The notes under the pieces: model-generated
The model's database searches: none
Seen by the model: the letters and a program-made list of their open reading frames with translations, nothing else
Told to the model about the DNA's origin: nothing
In this document: piece by piece, positions 18,334 through 27,484 of the stretch
Position numbering within the stretch: the first letter of the stretch is position 1
How the letters are laid out: each line of letters opens with the position of its first letter
Made by a program: the position numbers and the translations under genes
Assembly (NCBI GenBank): GCA_963721385.1
Contig: CAVRJB010000005.1
Location: 106,208-170,207 of the forward strand
DNA: 64,000 nucleotides
Reading direction: 5' to 3'
From: an uncultured Acidobacteriota bacterium
GTDB taxonomy: Bacteria; Acidobacteriota; Thermoanaerobaculia; UBA5066

Positions 18334-20883
18334 CTGCCGACCGAAGCGGGGTCGTCCTTCACGGGTCTGCCGAAACGATTCGGCCGCTACGAGGTCGTCC
18401 GCGAGCTGGGCAAGGGCGCGATGGGCGTCGTTTACCTCGGGAAGGACCCGGTCATCGGCCGCCTCGTTGCGCTGAAGACCATCCGCGCGGCGGCCGAGGA
18501 CGACATCGAGCGGCGAGAGTTCAGCGAGCGATTCCTCCGGGAGGCCCAGGCCGCCGGCACCCTCTCCCACCCGAACATCGTCACCGTCCATGACGTGGGG
18601 GAGGAGGACGAGACGTCCTTCATCGCCATGGAGTACGTCGAGGGGAAGAACCTCAAGCAGCTGATCCGGGAGAAGGAGCCGCTCTCGTGGGACCGGATCT
18701 CGGAGATCATCGCCCACGTCGCCGACGCCCTCGACTACGCGCATCGCCGCGGCATCGTTCACCGCGACGTGAAGCCCGCGAACATCATCATCACCCCCGA
18801 CGGCGCGGTGAAGATCACCGACTTCGGCATCGCGAAGATCGAGACCTCGAGCTTGACGGAGACCGGACAGTTTCTCGGGACGCCGAACTACATGTCGCCG
18901 GAGCAGGTCACGGGCGAGGCGGTGGACGGCCGGAGCGACCTCTTCTCGCTCGGCGTCGTCCTCTACGAGCTCCTGACGAAGAAGAAGCCGTTTCTCGGCG
19001 ACAACGTCACCTCGATCTCCTACAAGATCGTCCACGAGGACTACCTGCGGCTCCAGGCCGTCGACGCATCGATCCCGGCCGAGTTCAACTCGATCCTCCT
19101 CCAGGCGCTCGCCAAGGACCCTGCAGCGCGCTACCAACGCGGGTCGGACTTCGCGCGAGCCCTCTCCGAGTACAAGGCGCGGCAGGCCGAGTACGAGATG
19201 ATCCGCGGCCTCGGGGAGATGGTCGCGCAGGCCGAGCGCCTGGGCCCCGTGGCGCCGGTGGAGGCGCCGCCTTCCGCGTCGCCAGGGCCCGAGGGGCCCG
19301 CGAAGCCTCCGGGACCGGCCGCGGGGGCGGGGCCGCCGGCGCTCGCGTCGCTGACGCGGCAGCAGCGCGACGACCTGAACCCGCAGCTCGCGGTCTCGGC
19401 GCCGAAGGCCGACCTCGACTCGTCCATCCCGGACTGGAGTCTCGACACGGACGCCATGAAAAAGCCGGTCCTTCGCGAGACGGTGCCTTCCTCGCCTGGA
19501 ACGCTGATCTCCGATCCCGGCGTCTCGAAGGGCGAGTCCGCTCCCGCCGCCGCGCCCGCGGTCCCCGTCACCCCTTCGGCGTACGCGCAGGCCGACTTCA
19601 AGCCGGACGAAAAGACGCCTCCGCGCCCCCTCGCGGCGGTCCGGGCGGAGCCTCCCGCGACGCTGCGCCCCGTTCCGGCGCTCGATGTCAGCGGCCCGGT
19701 CCGTCCTGCCGAAGTTTCCGGCCCGATCCGCCGGCCCGCTCCCGCGCCGAAGCCCGAAGGGGCGCCGCCAGGTCCGAGACCGCCCGCGCTGCCGCCCGAG
19801 GCGACGGGCCCGGTCCCGCGCGTCGCCGCGCCTCCGCCCGCCTCGCCGTCCGCCCGGGCGGCGCCGCGTCCCGCCGCGCCGGCCCCTCCGAGGGAGAGGA
19901 CGGCACCTTTCCGCGTCGAGGCTCCGCCCGCCGCGCCGGCAGAGCCCGAGGCGAAGGACCCCCTTGCCGTCGTCCTGCGGCGCGACGTGAACCGGCGCTG
20001 GGTCCTGATCATCCTGAGCGCCGCCGTCGGCATGGCGGCGCTCGTCGCCGGACTGATGTGGCAGCGAAGCCGGGCGATCGCGCCGTCGAAGTACCCGCCG
20101 GAGGCCGCCGCCTTCGAGGAGACGGTGGCGGCGAGCCGCCGCCTTCTCGACGACGGAAACCGTTTCTTGGCGGAGGGGAAGCTGAACGAGGCCCGGAGTT
20201 CGTTCGCCGAGCTCGTCCGGCGCGCGCCGGATTCGGCGCCGGCGCGCGACGCCCTTCGCAGGACCGAGCAGCTGATCGCCAAGAAGGCCGAGCTCGACCG
20301 CCGGAACGAGCAGGTCGCCCGGCGCCTCGAGGCCGCCCGCGCGGCGCGGGACGCCTCGCAATGGCCGAGGGCCGCGGCCGAAGCCGGGGCCGCGCTCGCC
20401 CTCGAGCCCGACAACGCGGAGGCGAAGGGCCTCGAGGCGCTCGCGCTCGAGTCGATCCGCAAGCTTCCGAAAGCGGCGAGGGTCCGGGCCGAAGCCGAGT
20501 TGCGGACGCTGAAGGCTGCGGCGCATGCGCCGCAGCCGGCCGCGGCGGCGGCACCGGCGGCAGCCGGGGCCGGGCCGGCAGCCGAGCTGCCGCTCTTCGT
20601 GTCGTTCCGGAGCCCCGTGCCTCAGGGCTGGCTCTTCGTCCGCTTCGGCGACCGCGAGGTCTTCCGCCGGGCCTTCGACTTCGGCCCCAGGTCGGGCGGC
20701 GGGCTCGTCGAGGGGAGCGCCGACCTCCCGCCGGGGAGCGGCGAACTCCGGGTCTGGGTGATCGCCGCGGACGGCTCGGTGCGTGACTACGCGACCCGCA
20801 AGCTGGATCGGTCTGGAGACGAGCGGCGGACCCTCGTCGTGGAGCTCGACGCGGCCCGCAAGCTTTCGCTGGCCGTGAAGTGA
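18334..20883 (+). CDS. Hanks-type Ser/Thr protein kinase with Pro/Ala-rich linker, TM helix and TPR-like external region
   Basis: GRYEVVRELGKGAMG, VALK, HRDVKPAN, DFG and GTPNYMSPEQ. Subdomain I lies upstream of ATG 18421, so the start is placed tentatively at CTG 18334. Confidence 0.9.
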   Translation: MPTEAGSSFTGLPKRFGRYEVVRELGKGAMGVVYLGKDPVIGRLVALKTIRAAAEDDIERREFSERFLREAQAAGTLSHPNIVTVHDVGEEDETSFIAMEYVEGKNLKQLIREKEPLSWDRISEIIAHVADALDYAHRRGIVHRDVKPANIIITPDGAVKITDFGIAKIETSSLTETGQFLGTPNYMSPEQVTGEAVDGRSDLFSLGVVLYELLTKKKPFLGDNVTSISYKIVHEDYLRLQAVDASIPAEFNSILLQALAKDPAARYQRGSDFARALSEYKARQAEYEMIRGLGEMVAQAERLGPVAPVEAPPSASPGPEGPAKPPGPAAGAGPPALASLTRQQRDDLNPQLAVSAPKADLDSSIPDWSLDTDAMKKPVLRETVPSSPGTLISDPGVSKGESAPAAAPAVPVTPSAYAQADFKPDEKTPPRPLAAVRAEPPATLRPVPALDVSGPVRPAEVSGPIRRPAPAPKPEGAPPGPRPPALPPEATGPVPRVAAPPPASPSARAAPRPAAPAPPRERTAPFRVEAPPAAPAEPEAKDPLAVVLRRDVNRRWVLIILSAAVGMAALVAGLMWQRSRAIAPSKYPPEAAAFEETVAASRRLLDDGNRFLAEGKLNEARSSFAELVRRAPDSAPARDALRRTEQLIAKKAELDRRNEQVARRLEAARAARDASQWPRAAAEAGAALALEPDNAEAKGLEALALESIRKLPKAARVRAEAELRTLKAAAHAPQPAAAAAPAAAGAGPAAELPLFVSFRSPVPQGWLFVRFGDREVFRRAFDFGPRSGGGLVEGSADLPPGSGELRVWVIAADGSVRDYATRKLDRSGDERRTLVVELDAARKLSLAVK

Positions 20884-22649
20884 GTCCGGGAATCCGGCCG
20901 CGGCTCGCCACGCTTCTGCTTCTCGTCGCGGCCGTACCGGCGTCCTCCGCCGGACCCGCCGGCGTCCCGGCGGAGCCGTTCGGCCCCTCGCCGACCGTCC
21001 GCTCGCGGAGGGGCGTCGTCTCGTCCACGGAGGGGCACGCATCGCGCGCGGGCGCCGGCATCCTCGCGGACGGCGGCAATGCCGTGGATGCCGCCATCGC
21101 AACCGCGCTGGCGCTGGCCGTGACCTATCCCGAGGCGGGAAACGTCGCGGGGGGCGGATTCGCCGTCGTCCGGACCGCCGATGGACGCTTCTACGCGCTC
21201 GATTTCCGCGAGACGGCGCCGGCGGCCGCGTGGCCGGGCGCATTCCTCGGGCCCGACGGCAGCCCGCGCCCCTCGGCCTCCCTCGAGGGAGGGCTTTCGG
21301 TTGCGACGCCCGGGACGCCGCGCGGCCTCGAGGCGCTGCACCGGAAGCTCGGGAGGCTGCCGTGGCGCCGGGTCGTCGAGCCGGCGATCCGGCTCGCGCG
21401 CGACGGCTTTCCCGTTCCGGCCACGCTTCACGCGGACCTCCTCCAGAACGCGAACCGGATGAAAGCGACCCCGCCGACGGCAACCGTCTTCTTCCCGGAC
21501 GGCGCCCCGCTCGCGACGGGAACGATCCTCCGCCAGCCGGAGCTCGCCGCGACGCTCGAGGCGATCGCGGAGCGGGGCGCGGATGGTTTCCATCGGGGGC
21601 CCGTGGCGCGGAAGGTGGTCGAGTATGTCCGGGCGAACGGCGGCCTCCTGACGGAAGAGGATCTGGCTTCCTACGAGCCCGTCTGGCGCGCACCGTTCGT
21701 CGTCGACTACGGCCGCTGGCGGATCGTCACGATGCCGCCGCCGTCGGCCGGGGGAGTCCTCTTCCTCTCGATCCTCGGACAGATCGCCGCCGCGCCCCGC
21801 GACGTCACCGCGATGGCCCCCGACGCGCGGATCCATTTCGTGGCCGAGGCCGAGCGTCGCGCCTACGCCGACCGGAACGAGTTCCTGGGCGACCCCGACT
21901 GCGTGGCGGCGCCGCTCGCGCGGCTTCTCGCCCCCGCGCGGCTCGCGGCGCTCGGGGCGTCCATCGACCTCGAGAAGGCGACGCCGTCCTCGTCGATCCG
22001 CGCGGGCGCCGTCCCGGACGGAGGCCCGAGCACCACGCACCTCTCGGTCGCGACCGCGGAAGGCGAGGCCGTCTCGCTCACGACGACGCTGAACGAGACG
22101 TTCGGAAACGGCGAGACCATCCCCGGGGTGGGCGTCCTCCTCAACAACGAGATGGACGACTTCGCGGTCGCCCCGGGCCGGCCCAACCTCTTCGGCCTCG
22201 TGCAGAGCGCGGCGAACGGCGTCCGCCCCGGCGCGCGGCCCGTCTCGTCGATGATGCCCACGATCGTGCTCGAGGACGGCCGGCCCCGTTTCGTCCTCGG
22301 CGCGCCGGGAGGCTCGACGATTCCCACTTCCGTCCTGCAGGTCTTCCTCAACGCCGGGCCCCTCGGCCTTCCGCTCGAGGCCGCGGTCGCGGCCGCGCGG
22401 TTCCACCACCAGCACCTTCCCGACCAGATCGAGGTCGAGTACGGCGTCTTCCCCGAGAAGCTCCTCGCGGCTCTTCGGGCCCGCGGGCACACCGTCCGGG
22501 AACGGGAGCTGACGAAGACCTGGGGCCGCCTCGGCGCGGTCAACGCGGCCGGCTTCGAGGCGGACGGGACGGTCGTCGGCGTTGCCGACCCGCGGCGGAG
22601 CGGCCGGCCGGCCTCGGTCGAGGAGGCCCTGGCGGACCGGAAGCCCTGA
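20880..22649 (+). CDS. ggt: Gamma-glutamyltransferase
   Basis: Signal peptide, GGNAVDAAIA, LDFRETAP, nucleophile STTHLSV, LLNNEMDDF and SSMMPT. Confidence 0.95.
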   Translation: MSPGIRPRLATLLLLVAAVPASSAGPAGVPAEPFGPSPTVRSRRGVVSSTEGHASRAGAGILADGGNAVDAAIATALALAVTYPEAGNVAGGGFAVVRTADGRFYALDFRETAPAAAWPGAFLGPDGSPRPSASLEGGLSVATPGTPRGLEALHRKLGRLPWRRVVEPAIRLARDGFPVPATLHADLLQNANRMKATPPTATVFFPDGAPLATGTILRQPELAATLEAIAERGADGFHRGPVARKVVEYVRANGGLLTEEDLASYEPVWRAPFVVDYGRWRIVTMPPPSAGGVLFLSILGQIAAAPRDVTAMAPDARIHFVAEAERRAYADRNEFLGDPDCVAAPLARLLAPARLAALGASIDLEKATPSSSIRAGAVPDGGPSTTHLSVATAEGEAVSLTTTLNETFGNGETIPGVGVLLNNEMDDFAVAPGRPNLFGLVQSAANGVRPGARPVSSMMPTIVLEDGRPRFVLGAPGGSTIPTSVLQVFLNAGPLGLPLEAAVAAARFHHQHLPDQIEVEYGVFPEKLLAALRARGHTVRERELTKTWGRLGAVNAAGFEADGTVVGVADPRRSGRPASVEEALADRKP

Positions 22650-22651
22650 AT

Positions 22652-22681
22652 TTGGCGCCGAACCCTCGCGGATGGTATCTT
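22652..22681 (+). promoter_or_regulatory. Putative sigma70 promoter of tRNA-Pro
   Basis: TTGGCG, 18-nt spacer, then TATCTT with extended TG, followed by a GC-rich discriminator. Confidence 0.55.
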
Positions 22682-22700
22682 CCGCCTCCGCGTTTTCGGT

Positions 22701-22777
<77 letters not shown>

Positions 22778-22842
22778 TCTTTCCTTCCTTCCGCGGCGGC
22801 CCGGCGTCCGTGGCGTCCGCGGCGATCGCGACGGGAGCTTGG

Positions 22843-23517
22843 ATGTCGAAAGAGGTCCGGACGGGGCGGCGGTCCGAGCCGAGGCAGCCGTCGCCGCACG
22901 TGGCGAGGAAGCGGAAGCTGAAGCGCCACCTCATCCTCGAAAGCGCGGTCAAGGCCTTCGCCGTCCGCGGCTTCTATGGCACCTCGATGGACGACATCGC
23001 CGAGGAGCTGCATCTGACGCGGGGGAGCCTCTACTACTACTTCCGCGACAAGGAAGAGATCCTGGCGCTCTGCCATCTCTCGGCCCTCGAGGCCGTCCTC
23101 GAGGCGGCGGAGAGGGTCCGGGGAGCGGGCCTCCCTCCCGACGAGACGCTCCGGCGGCTCGTCGTCGAGCATGTCCGAATCCAGGTCGACAAGTTCCACG
23201 GGACGGCTCTCGCGCTGGAGTTCGACGCCCTCGAGCCCAAGGCGCGCGCCGTGGTCGTCGCCGCGCGCGACCGCTACGAGCGCGCGCTCCGGGAGATTCT
23301 CGCGGCCGGGATCGCCGCCGGGCTCTTCCGGCCCGTCGACCCGAAGCTGACTGCGTTCGCGATCTTCGGTGCGATCAACTGGATCGGCCGCTGGTACCGC
23401 GCTTCCGGAACGTCGTCCCCGGACGAGATCGGCGCGCAGTTCGCCGAGGTCTTTCTGGAGGGGCTCCGGGCGCAGCCCGGAGCGGCGCCGCGCGAAGCGG
23501 GCTCCACGCCGCGCTGA
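22843..23517 (+). CDS. TetR/AcrR family transcriptional regulator
   Basis: HTH GFYGTSMDDIAEELHLTRGSLYYYFRDKEEIL, C-terminal GAINWIGRWYR and a GGGAG SD before ATG 22843. Confidence 0.92.
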   Translation: MSKEVRTGRRSEPRQPSPHVARKRKLKRHLILESAVKAFAVRGFYGTSMDDIAEELHLTRGSLYYYFRDKEEILALCHLSALEAVLEAAERVRGAGLPPDETLRRLVVEHVRIQVDKFHGTALALEFDALEPKARAVVVAARDRYERALREILAAGIAAGLFRPVDPKLTAFAIFGAINWIGRWYRASGTSSPDEIGAQFAEVFLEGLRAQPGAAPREAGSTPR

Positions 23518-24354
23518 TCAGGGCGCCTTGTCGGAGACGTCGAGGATCCCGACGAGGCGTCCGGCGTCGTCGCCCCCCCCGGTGGTCGACAGGAGGACAG
23601 CGGTGCGTCCCGCCGGGGGGAGGCCGATTGGCAGCCGGAGCGCCAGATCGCCCTCGTCGGATGGACCCGCGCGCTGGGGACCGCTCGCCCAGGTGAGCCG
23701 TCCGCCGTCGCGAAGCGTCACCTCGAAGTTCCGTGCCGCAACGGGGAGGAGCTGCCGCGAGAAGACGAGGAGGAGCGGTGTCCCGATCGGCCGCGCCACC
23801 CGGTAGACGGGCGCTCCCACCTCGCGGGGCACCGTGACGAGGACGGTCTGGGTGACGGGGACGACGCCGGCCTGCGCGGCGGGAGGCGGCACGACCGACG
23901 CCAGCTCGCGCGCGCGGAGCTGCGCCTTTTCGAGGTCGCTTTTCAGGCGCAGGGCGGACGCGAGCGCGGCGAGAAACAGCATCGCGAGGAAGGCGAAGGC
24001 CACCGTCAGCCCCGTCCGTCCCGGAGACGACTTCCGGCCGCCCGAGCGGACGGAGGGCGCGCCGCGCCGGAGCGCCCGATTCCCGGCGAGCTGAAGCTTG
24101 AAGCGAGTGGTCGTGTCGACCCGCTCCCGGTAGTAGGGCGTCTCGAGAAGCGATTCCTCGAAGCGCCGCTTGTCGGTCGCCCCGAGCCGCCCGAGGACGT
24201 AGTCCGAAACGAGGTCGTCTTCGGCCTCCTCCACCCGGTCGAGCAGTGCGTCGTCCGAGAAGTACGCTTCCTCGAACCGGGCTCGCTTCCCGTCCGGCAG
24301 CCGGCGGAGCAGGTAGTCGCGGATCTCGTCAGGGGAAGGCTTCGCCGCGCTCAC
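23518..24354 (-). CDS. Putative membrane-anchored anti-sigma factor
   Basis: Coupled downstream of an ECF sigma. Repeated DY(L/V)L..L..(K/R).RFEE N-terminal helices and a single TM segment. Confidence 0.65.
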   Translation of the reverse strand: MSAAKPSPDEIRDYLLRRLPDGKRARFEEAYFSDDALLDRVEEAEDDLVSDYVLGRLGATDKRRFEESLLETPYYRERVDTTTRFKLQLAGNRALRRGAPSVRSGGRKSSPGRTGLTVAFAFLAMLFLAALASALRLKSDLEKAQLRARELASVVPPPAAQAGVVPVTQTVLVTVPREVGAPVYRVARPIGTPLLLVFSRQLLPVAARNFEVTLRDGGRLTWASGPQRAGPSDEGDLALRLPIGLPPAGRTAVLLSTTGGGDDAGRLVGILDVSDKAP

Positions 24355-24905
24355 GACGGCTCCCCGTCCCCGGCGCCCCGTCCGGTCCCCGGGCGCTCCG
24401 GCGTCATCCGCTTCTTCAGCTCGCGCTTCGCGCGGTAGACCCGCATGTCGACGGCGTCGGTCGAGATCCCTTCCTCTCGTGCGATCGTCCGCGACGGGAC
24501 CTCCTCGACGAAACGGCGGACCAGAAGCGACCGCATCCGTTCCGGTAGGAGATCGAGCGCCCGGCGGAACCGGAGGGCCCGGCTCGAGACGATGGCGTCG
24601 TTCAACGGGTTCGTGTCGCCCGCGAGCTGGACGGCGCCGGTGATGCCGTCGTGCGTCGAGGCCTTCTGGACGCGGCGGCAGTACTCCAGAAAGACGTTTT
24701 TCGCGACGCCGAGCGCGTAGGCTTCGGCGGAATCGAGGAGCTCGCCCCGGCTCATCCGCTGGAAGACTCGAAGGAGCGTTTCCTGTGCGAGGTCGCGGGC
24801 GTCGTCCTCGGTCCGGACGCCGCGGGAAAGGAAGAACCGTCGGAGCTTCTCCGGCAGGCGTCCGAAATCCTCTCGGGACGGATCGTTCCAGTGCGTCGTC
24901 GGCAT
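24351..24905 (-). CDS. ECF RNA polymerase sigma factor
   Basis: Region 2 DARDLAQETLLRV..GVAKNVFLEYCRR and region 4 LDLLPERMR..IAREEGISTDAVDMRVYRAK. Start uncertain (24905 or 24962). Confidence 0.88.
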   Translation of the reverse strand: MPTTHWNDPSREDFGRLPEKLRRFFLSRGVRTEDDARDLAQETLLRVFQRMSRGELLDSAEAYALGVAKNVFLEYCRRVQKASTHDGITGAVQLAGDTNPLNDAIVSSRALRFRRALDLLPERMRSLLVRRFVEEVPSRTIAREEGISTDAVDMRVYRAKRELKKRMTPERPGTGRGAGDGEPS

Positions 24906-25088
24906 CAGTGCGGTCCTGAAAGGAACCGCGCCGATCTTACGCTGCCCGCCGTCCAGGGCCACCCGGGAGCTCCGGCGCCTTATGAAAATAGGTATAAGCG
25001 ACTCTTTTCCATATGAAATCAGGAGATGTCCCTTCCTGGGTGCCTGAGTAGTGCCCGGCCGGTGAAAAATCTTTCAGAAAGGAGAGGC

Positions 25089-25142
25089 TTGACTCTCGGG
25101 GGCAGATGAATGATTATTCTTTGCCTTGAATACTCATTCTGG
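25089..25142 (+). promoter_or_regulatory. arg operon promoter with two tandem ARG boxes
   Basis: TTGACT at 25089, 17 nt before GATTAT. TGAATgattATTCT (25107-25120) and TGAATactcATTCT (25127-25140) resemble the TGAAT-N4-ATTCA ARG box. Confidence 0.8.
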
Positions 25143-25638
25143 CGCCTCCGCGCTCCGCCGCCGCGACGAAATCCTGAAGGTGATCCGCGAAACGCCGGTC
25201 CACTCTCAGGAGGAACTGCAGCAGCGACTGCGCGACCGGGGGTTCCTCGTGGCGCAGCCGACGCTCTCGCGCGACCTGCGCGATCTGGGGCTCGCGAAGA
25301 GCGCGGGCGGGTACGTGGCGCCGGAGCCGGGCGGGGCCTTCGTCCCGCCCGACGCGGCCGCGCGGGAGCAGAAGGAAGAGCGGATGGAGCGGGCGCTCCG
25401 CGAGTTCGCGGTCGGGGTCGCGGCGGCAGGGACGCTCGTCGTCGTGAAGACGCCGCTCGCCGCGGCGCACACGCTCTGCCGTTCGATCGACGAGGCGGAG
25501 CTCCCCGAGTCCGTCGGGACGATCGCCGGCGACGACACGATCTTCCTTGCGACCCGTGACGCGGAAGCGGCCGGCCGGCTCGCGCGGCGGTTCTCCGCGG
25601 TCCTGGAGGGGCCCAGGGGCCGGAGGCCGCGAGCGTGA
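25126..25638 (+). CDS. argR: Arginine repressor
   Basis: SQEELQQRL..QPTLSRDLRDLG, VVKT and GTIAGDDTIF motifs. Confidence 0.95.
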   Translation: MNTHSGASALRRRDEILKVIRETPVHSQEELQQRLRDRGFLVAQPTLSRDLRDLGLAKSAGGYVAPEPGGAFVPPDAAAREQKEERMERALREFAVGVAAAGTLVVVKTPLAAAHTLCRSIDEAELPESVGTIAGDDTIFLATRDAEAAGRLARRFSAVLEGPRGRRPRA

Positions 25639-26654
25639 GGCGCGTCGCGGTCGTCGGCGCCACCGGCTACTCCGGCGCCGAGCTCTGCGCTCTTCTGGCC
25701 CGGCACCCCGGAGTCGGGATCGCCGCTGTCTTCTCCTCGGGAAAAAAGGACGGCGCCGTGCCGTTCGCCCGGCTCCACCCGTCTCTCGGAGCCGCGAAGG
25801 GCCCCGACGCCGTCCCTTTCTCGCTCGACGATCTCGCCGCCTCGGGCGCCGAGATCGCCTTCCTCGCGACGCCGAACGAGACCTCCGCCGAGCTTGCGGC
25901 CCCGATTCTCGAGCGTGGGATCCGCGTCGTCGACATCGCCGGAGCGTTCCGCCTCCGCGACGCGGCGGCGTATCCGACGTATTACGGGTTCGACCACCCG
26001 GCCCCGCACCTTCTCGCCGAAGCCGTCTACGGGCTGACCGAATGGGCCGGCGAGGCGCTCCGGCCCGCCCGGCTGGTTGCGAACCCCGGCTGCTACCCGA
26101 CGTCCGTCCTCCTGCCGCTCCTCCCGATCGCGGCGCTCCTCGACCCCTCGCAGCCCGTCATCTGCGACAGCAAGAGCGGCGTCTCCGGGGCGGGGAAGAA
26201 GAGCGACGTCGCGTACTCCTTCGCGGAGCTCTCCGGAAACTTCAAGGCCTACGGCGTCGGCGTTCACCGGCACGAGCCGGAGATGCGGCAGGAGCTGGGC
26301 CTCGGCGGGTCGGCGCCCTTTGTCTTCGTGCCGCACCTCCTCCCGGTCGTGCGGGGGATCCTCTCCACGATTCACGTGGCGTTCGCGAAGCCCATGACCC
26401 CGGAGGCGCTCGCGGCGGCGTACGCCGTTTACGCGGAGACGCCGTTCGTGAACGTCCGGCCGGCGGGCGATCTCCCGGAGCTGAAAGACGTCGTCGGGAC
26501 CCCGCGCGACGAGATCGGGTTCGCGGTCCTCCCGGGTGGAACGCGCGCGGTCGTCGTCTCGGTGCTCGACAACCTCCTCAAGGGAGCCGCCTCGCAGGCG
26601 GTCCAGAACATGAACCGGATGCTCGGCCTTCCGGAGACGGAGGGCCTCCTGTGA
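25635..26654 (+). CDS. argC: N-acetyl-gamma-glutamyl-phosphate reductase
   Basis: GATGYSG, ANPGCYPT, SGVSGAG, HRHEPE and DNLLKGAASQAVQNMN. Confidence 0.97.
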   Translation: MRRVAVVGATGYSGAELCALLARHPGVGIAAVFSSGKKDGAVPFARLHPSLGAAKGPDAVPFSLDDLAASGAEIAFLATPNETSAELAAPILERGIRVVDIAGAFRLRDAAAYPTYYGFDHPAPHLLAEAVYGLTEWAGEALRPARLVANPGCYPTSVLLPLLPIAALLDPSQPVICDSKSGVSGAGKKSDVAYSFAELSGNFKAYGVGVHRHEPEMRQELGLGGSAPFVFVPHLLPVVRGILSTIHVAFAKPMTPEALAAAYAVYAETPFVNVRPAGDLPELKDVVGTPRDEIGFAVLPGGTRAVVVSVLDNLLKGAASQAVQNMNRMLGLPETEGLL

Positions 26655-27484
26655 CGGCGGGCGCCGTGGAATCCGCGAAAGCCGCGGCGGCTCCGACGGT
26701 CAGGAAGGGCCTGACGGTCGTGAAGCTCGGCGGGAGCCTGCTCGAGGACCAGGCCCTCAGGCTTCGGGCCCTCGAGTCGATCGCCGCCCGGTTCACGGCC
26801 GGCGGCAAGACCGTCGTCGTCCACGGCGGCGGCAAGCGGATCGACGCGACCCTTCAGGTGCTGAAGATCCCGAAGAAGACGTACCGGGGCCTCCGGATCA
26901 CCGATCCCGAGACGCTCGACGTCGTCGTGTCGGTCCTCTCGGGCCTCGTCAACAAGTCGCTCATCGCCGAGCTCCGCTCGCTCGGCATCCTCTCCGCCGG
27001 CCTCTCGGGCGCGGATGGCGACACGCTCTGGGCCGAGTTCCACCCCCGGGTCGACGGCGTCGATTTCGGGTTCGTCGGCCGCGTCACCTATTCGAATCCG
27101 CAGCTCCTGAACGCGGTCCTCGGGGCGGGGCTCCTTCCGGTCGTGGCGTCGGTGGCGCTCGGGCGGGAGGGGACGCTCCTGAACGTGAACGCCGACTCGG
27201 CTGCTGCGGCCCTCGCCGCGGCGCTCCGGGCGGAGAGCCTCGTCTTCCTGACCGACGTCGCGGGGCTCCTCGACGAAGGCGGCAACGTGGTCTCCGAACT
27301 CGACCCTGCGAAGGCCTGGAGCCTCATCCGCTCCGGCGCCGTCGGCGGGGGGATGCGTCCCAAGCTGCTCGCCTGCCTCGACGCCGTCCACGCGGGAGTC
27401 AGGGAAGTCGTCATCGCCGGTCCGGCCGGCCACGCCGCCGCGCTCACTTCGGGAATAGGAGGAACCCGCCTTGCTGCCGTCTGA
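26651..27484 (+). CDS. argB: Acetylglutamate kinase
   Basis: VVKLGGS, VVHGGG, GLRITD, LNVNAD, LTDVAG and GGMRPKL. GTG overlaps the argC stop. Confidence 0.95.
   Translation: MTAGAVESAKAAAAPTVRKGLTVVKLGGSLLEDQALRLRALESIAARFTAGGKTVVVHGGGKRIDATLQVLKIPKKTYRGLRITDPETLDVVVSVLSGLVNKSLIAELRSLGILSAGLSGADGDTLWAEFHPRVDGVDFGFVGRVTYSNPQLLNAVLGAGLLPVVASVALGREGTLLNVNADSAAAALAAALRAESLVFLTDVAGLLDEGGNVVSELDPAKAWSLIRSGAVGGGMRPKLLACLDAVHAGVREVVIAGPAGHAAALTSGIGGTRLAAV

Noticed and set aside
7183-21693. Very long antisense and alternate-frame ORFs (e.g. 7183..10344 -, 10299..13124 -, 15235..18219 +, 18214..21693 -)
   Set aside because: They shadow well-supported genes, are Arg/Pro/Gly-rich or mirror codon bias, and lack motifs. 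Such ORFs are expected in high-GC DNA with few stop codons.
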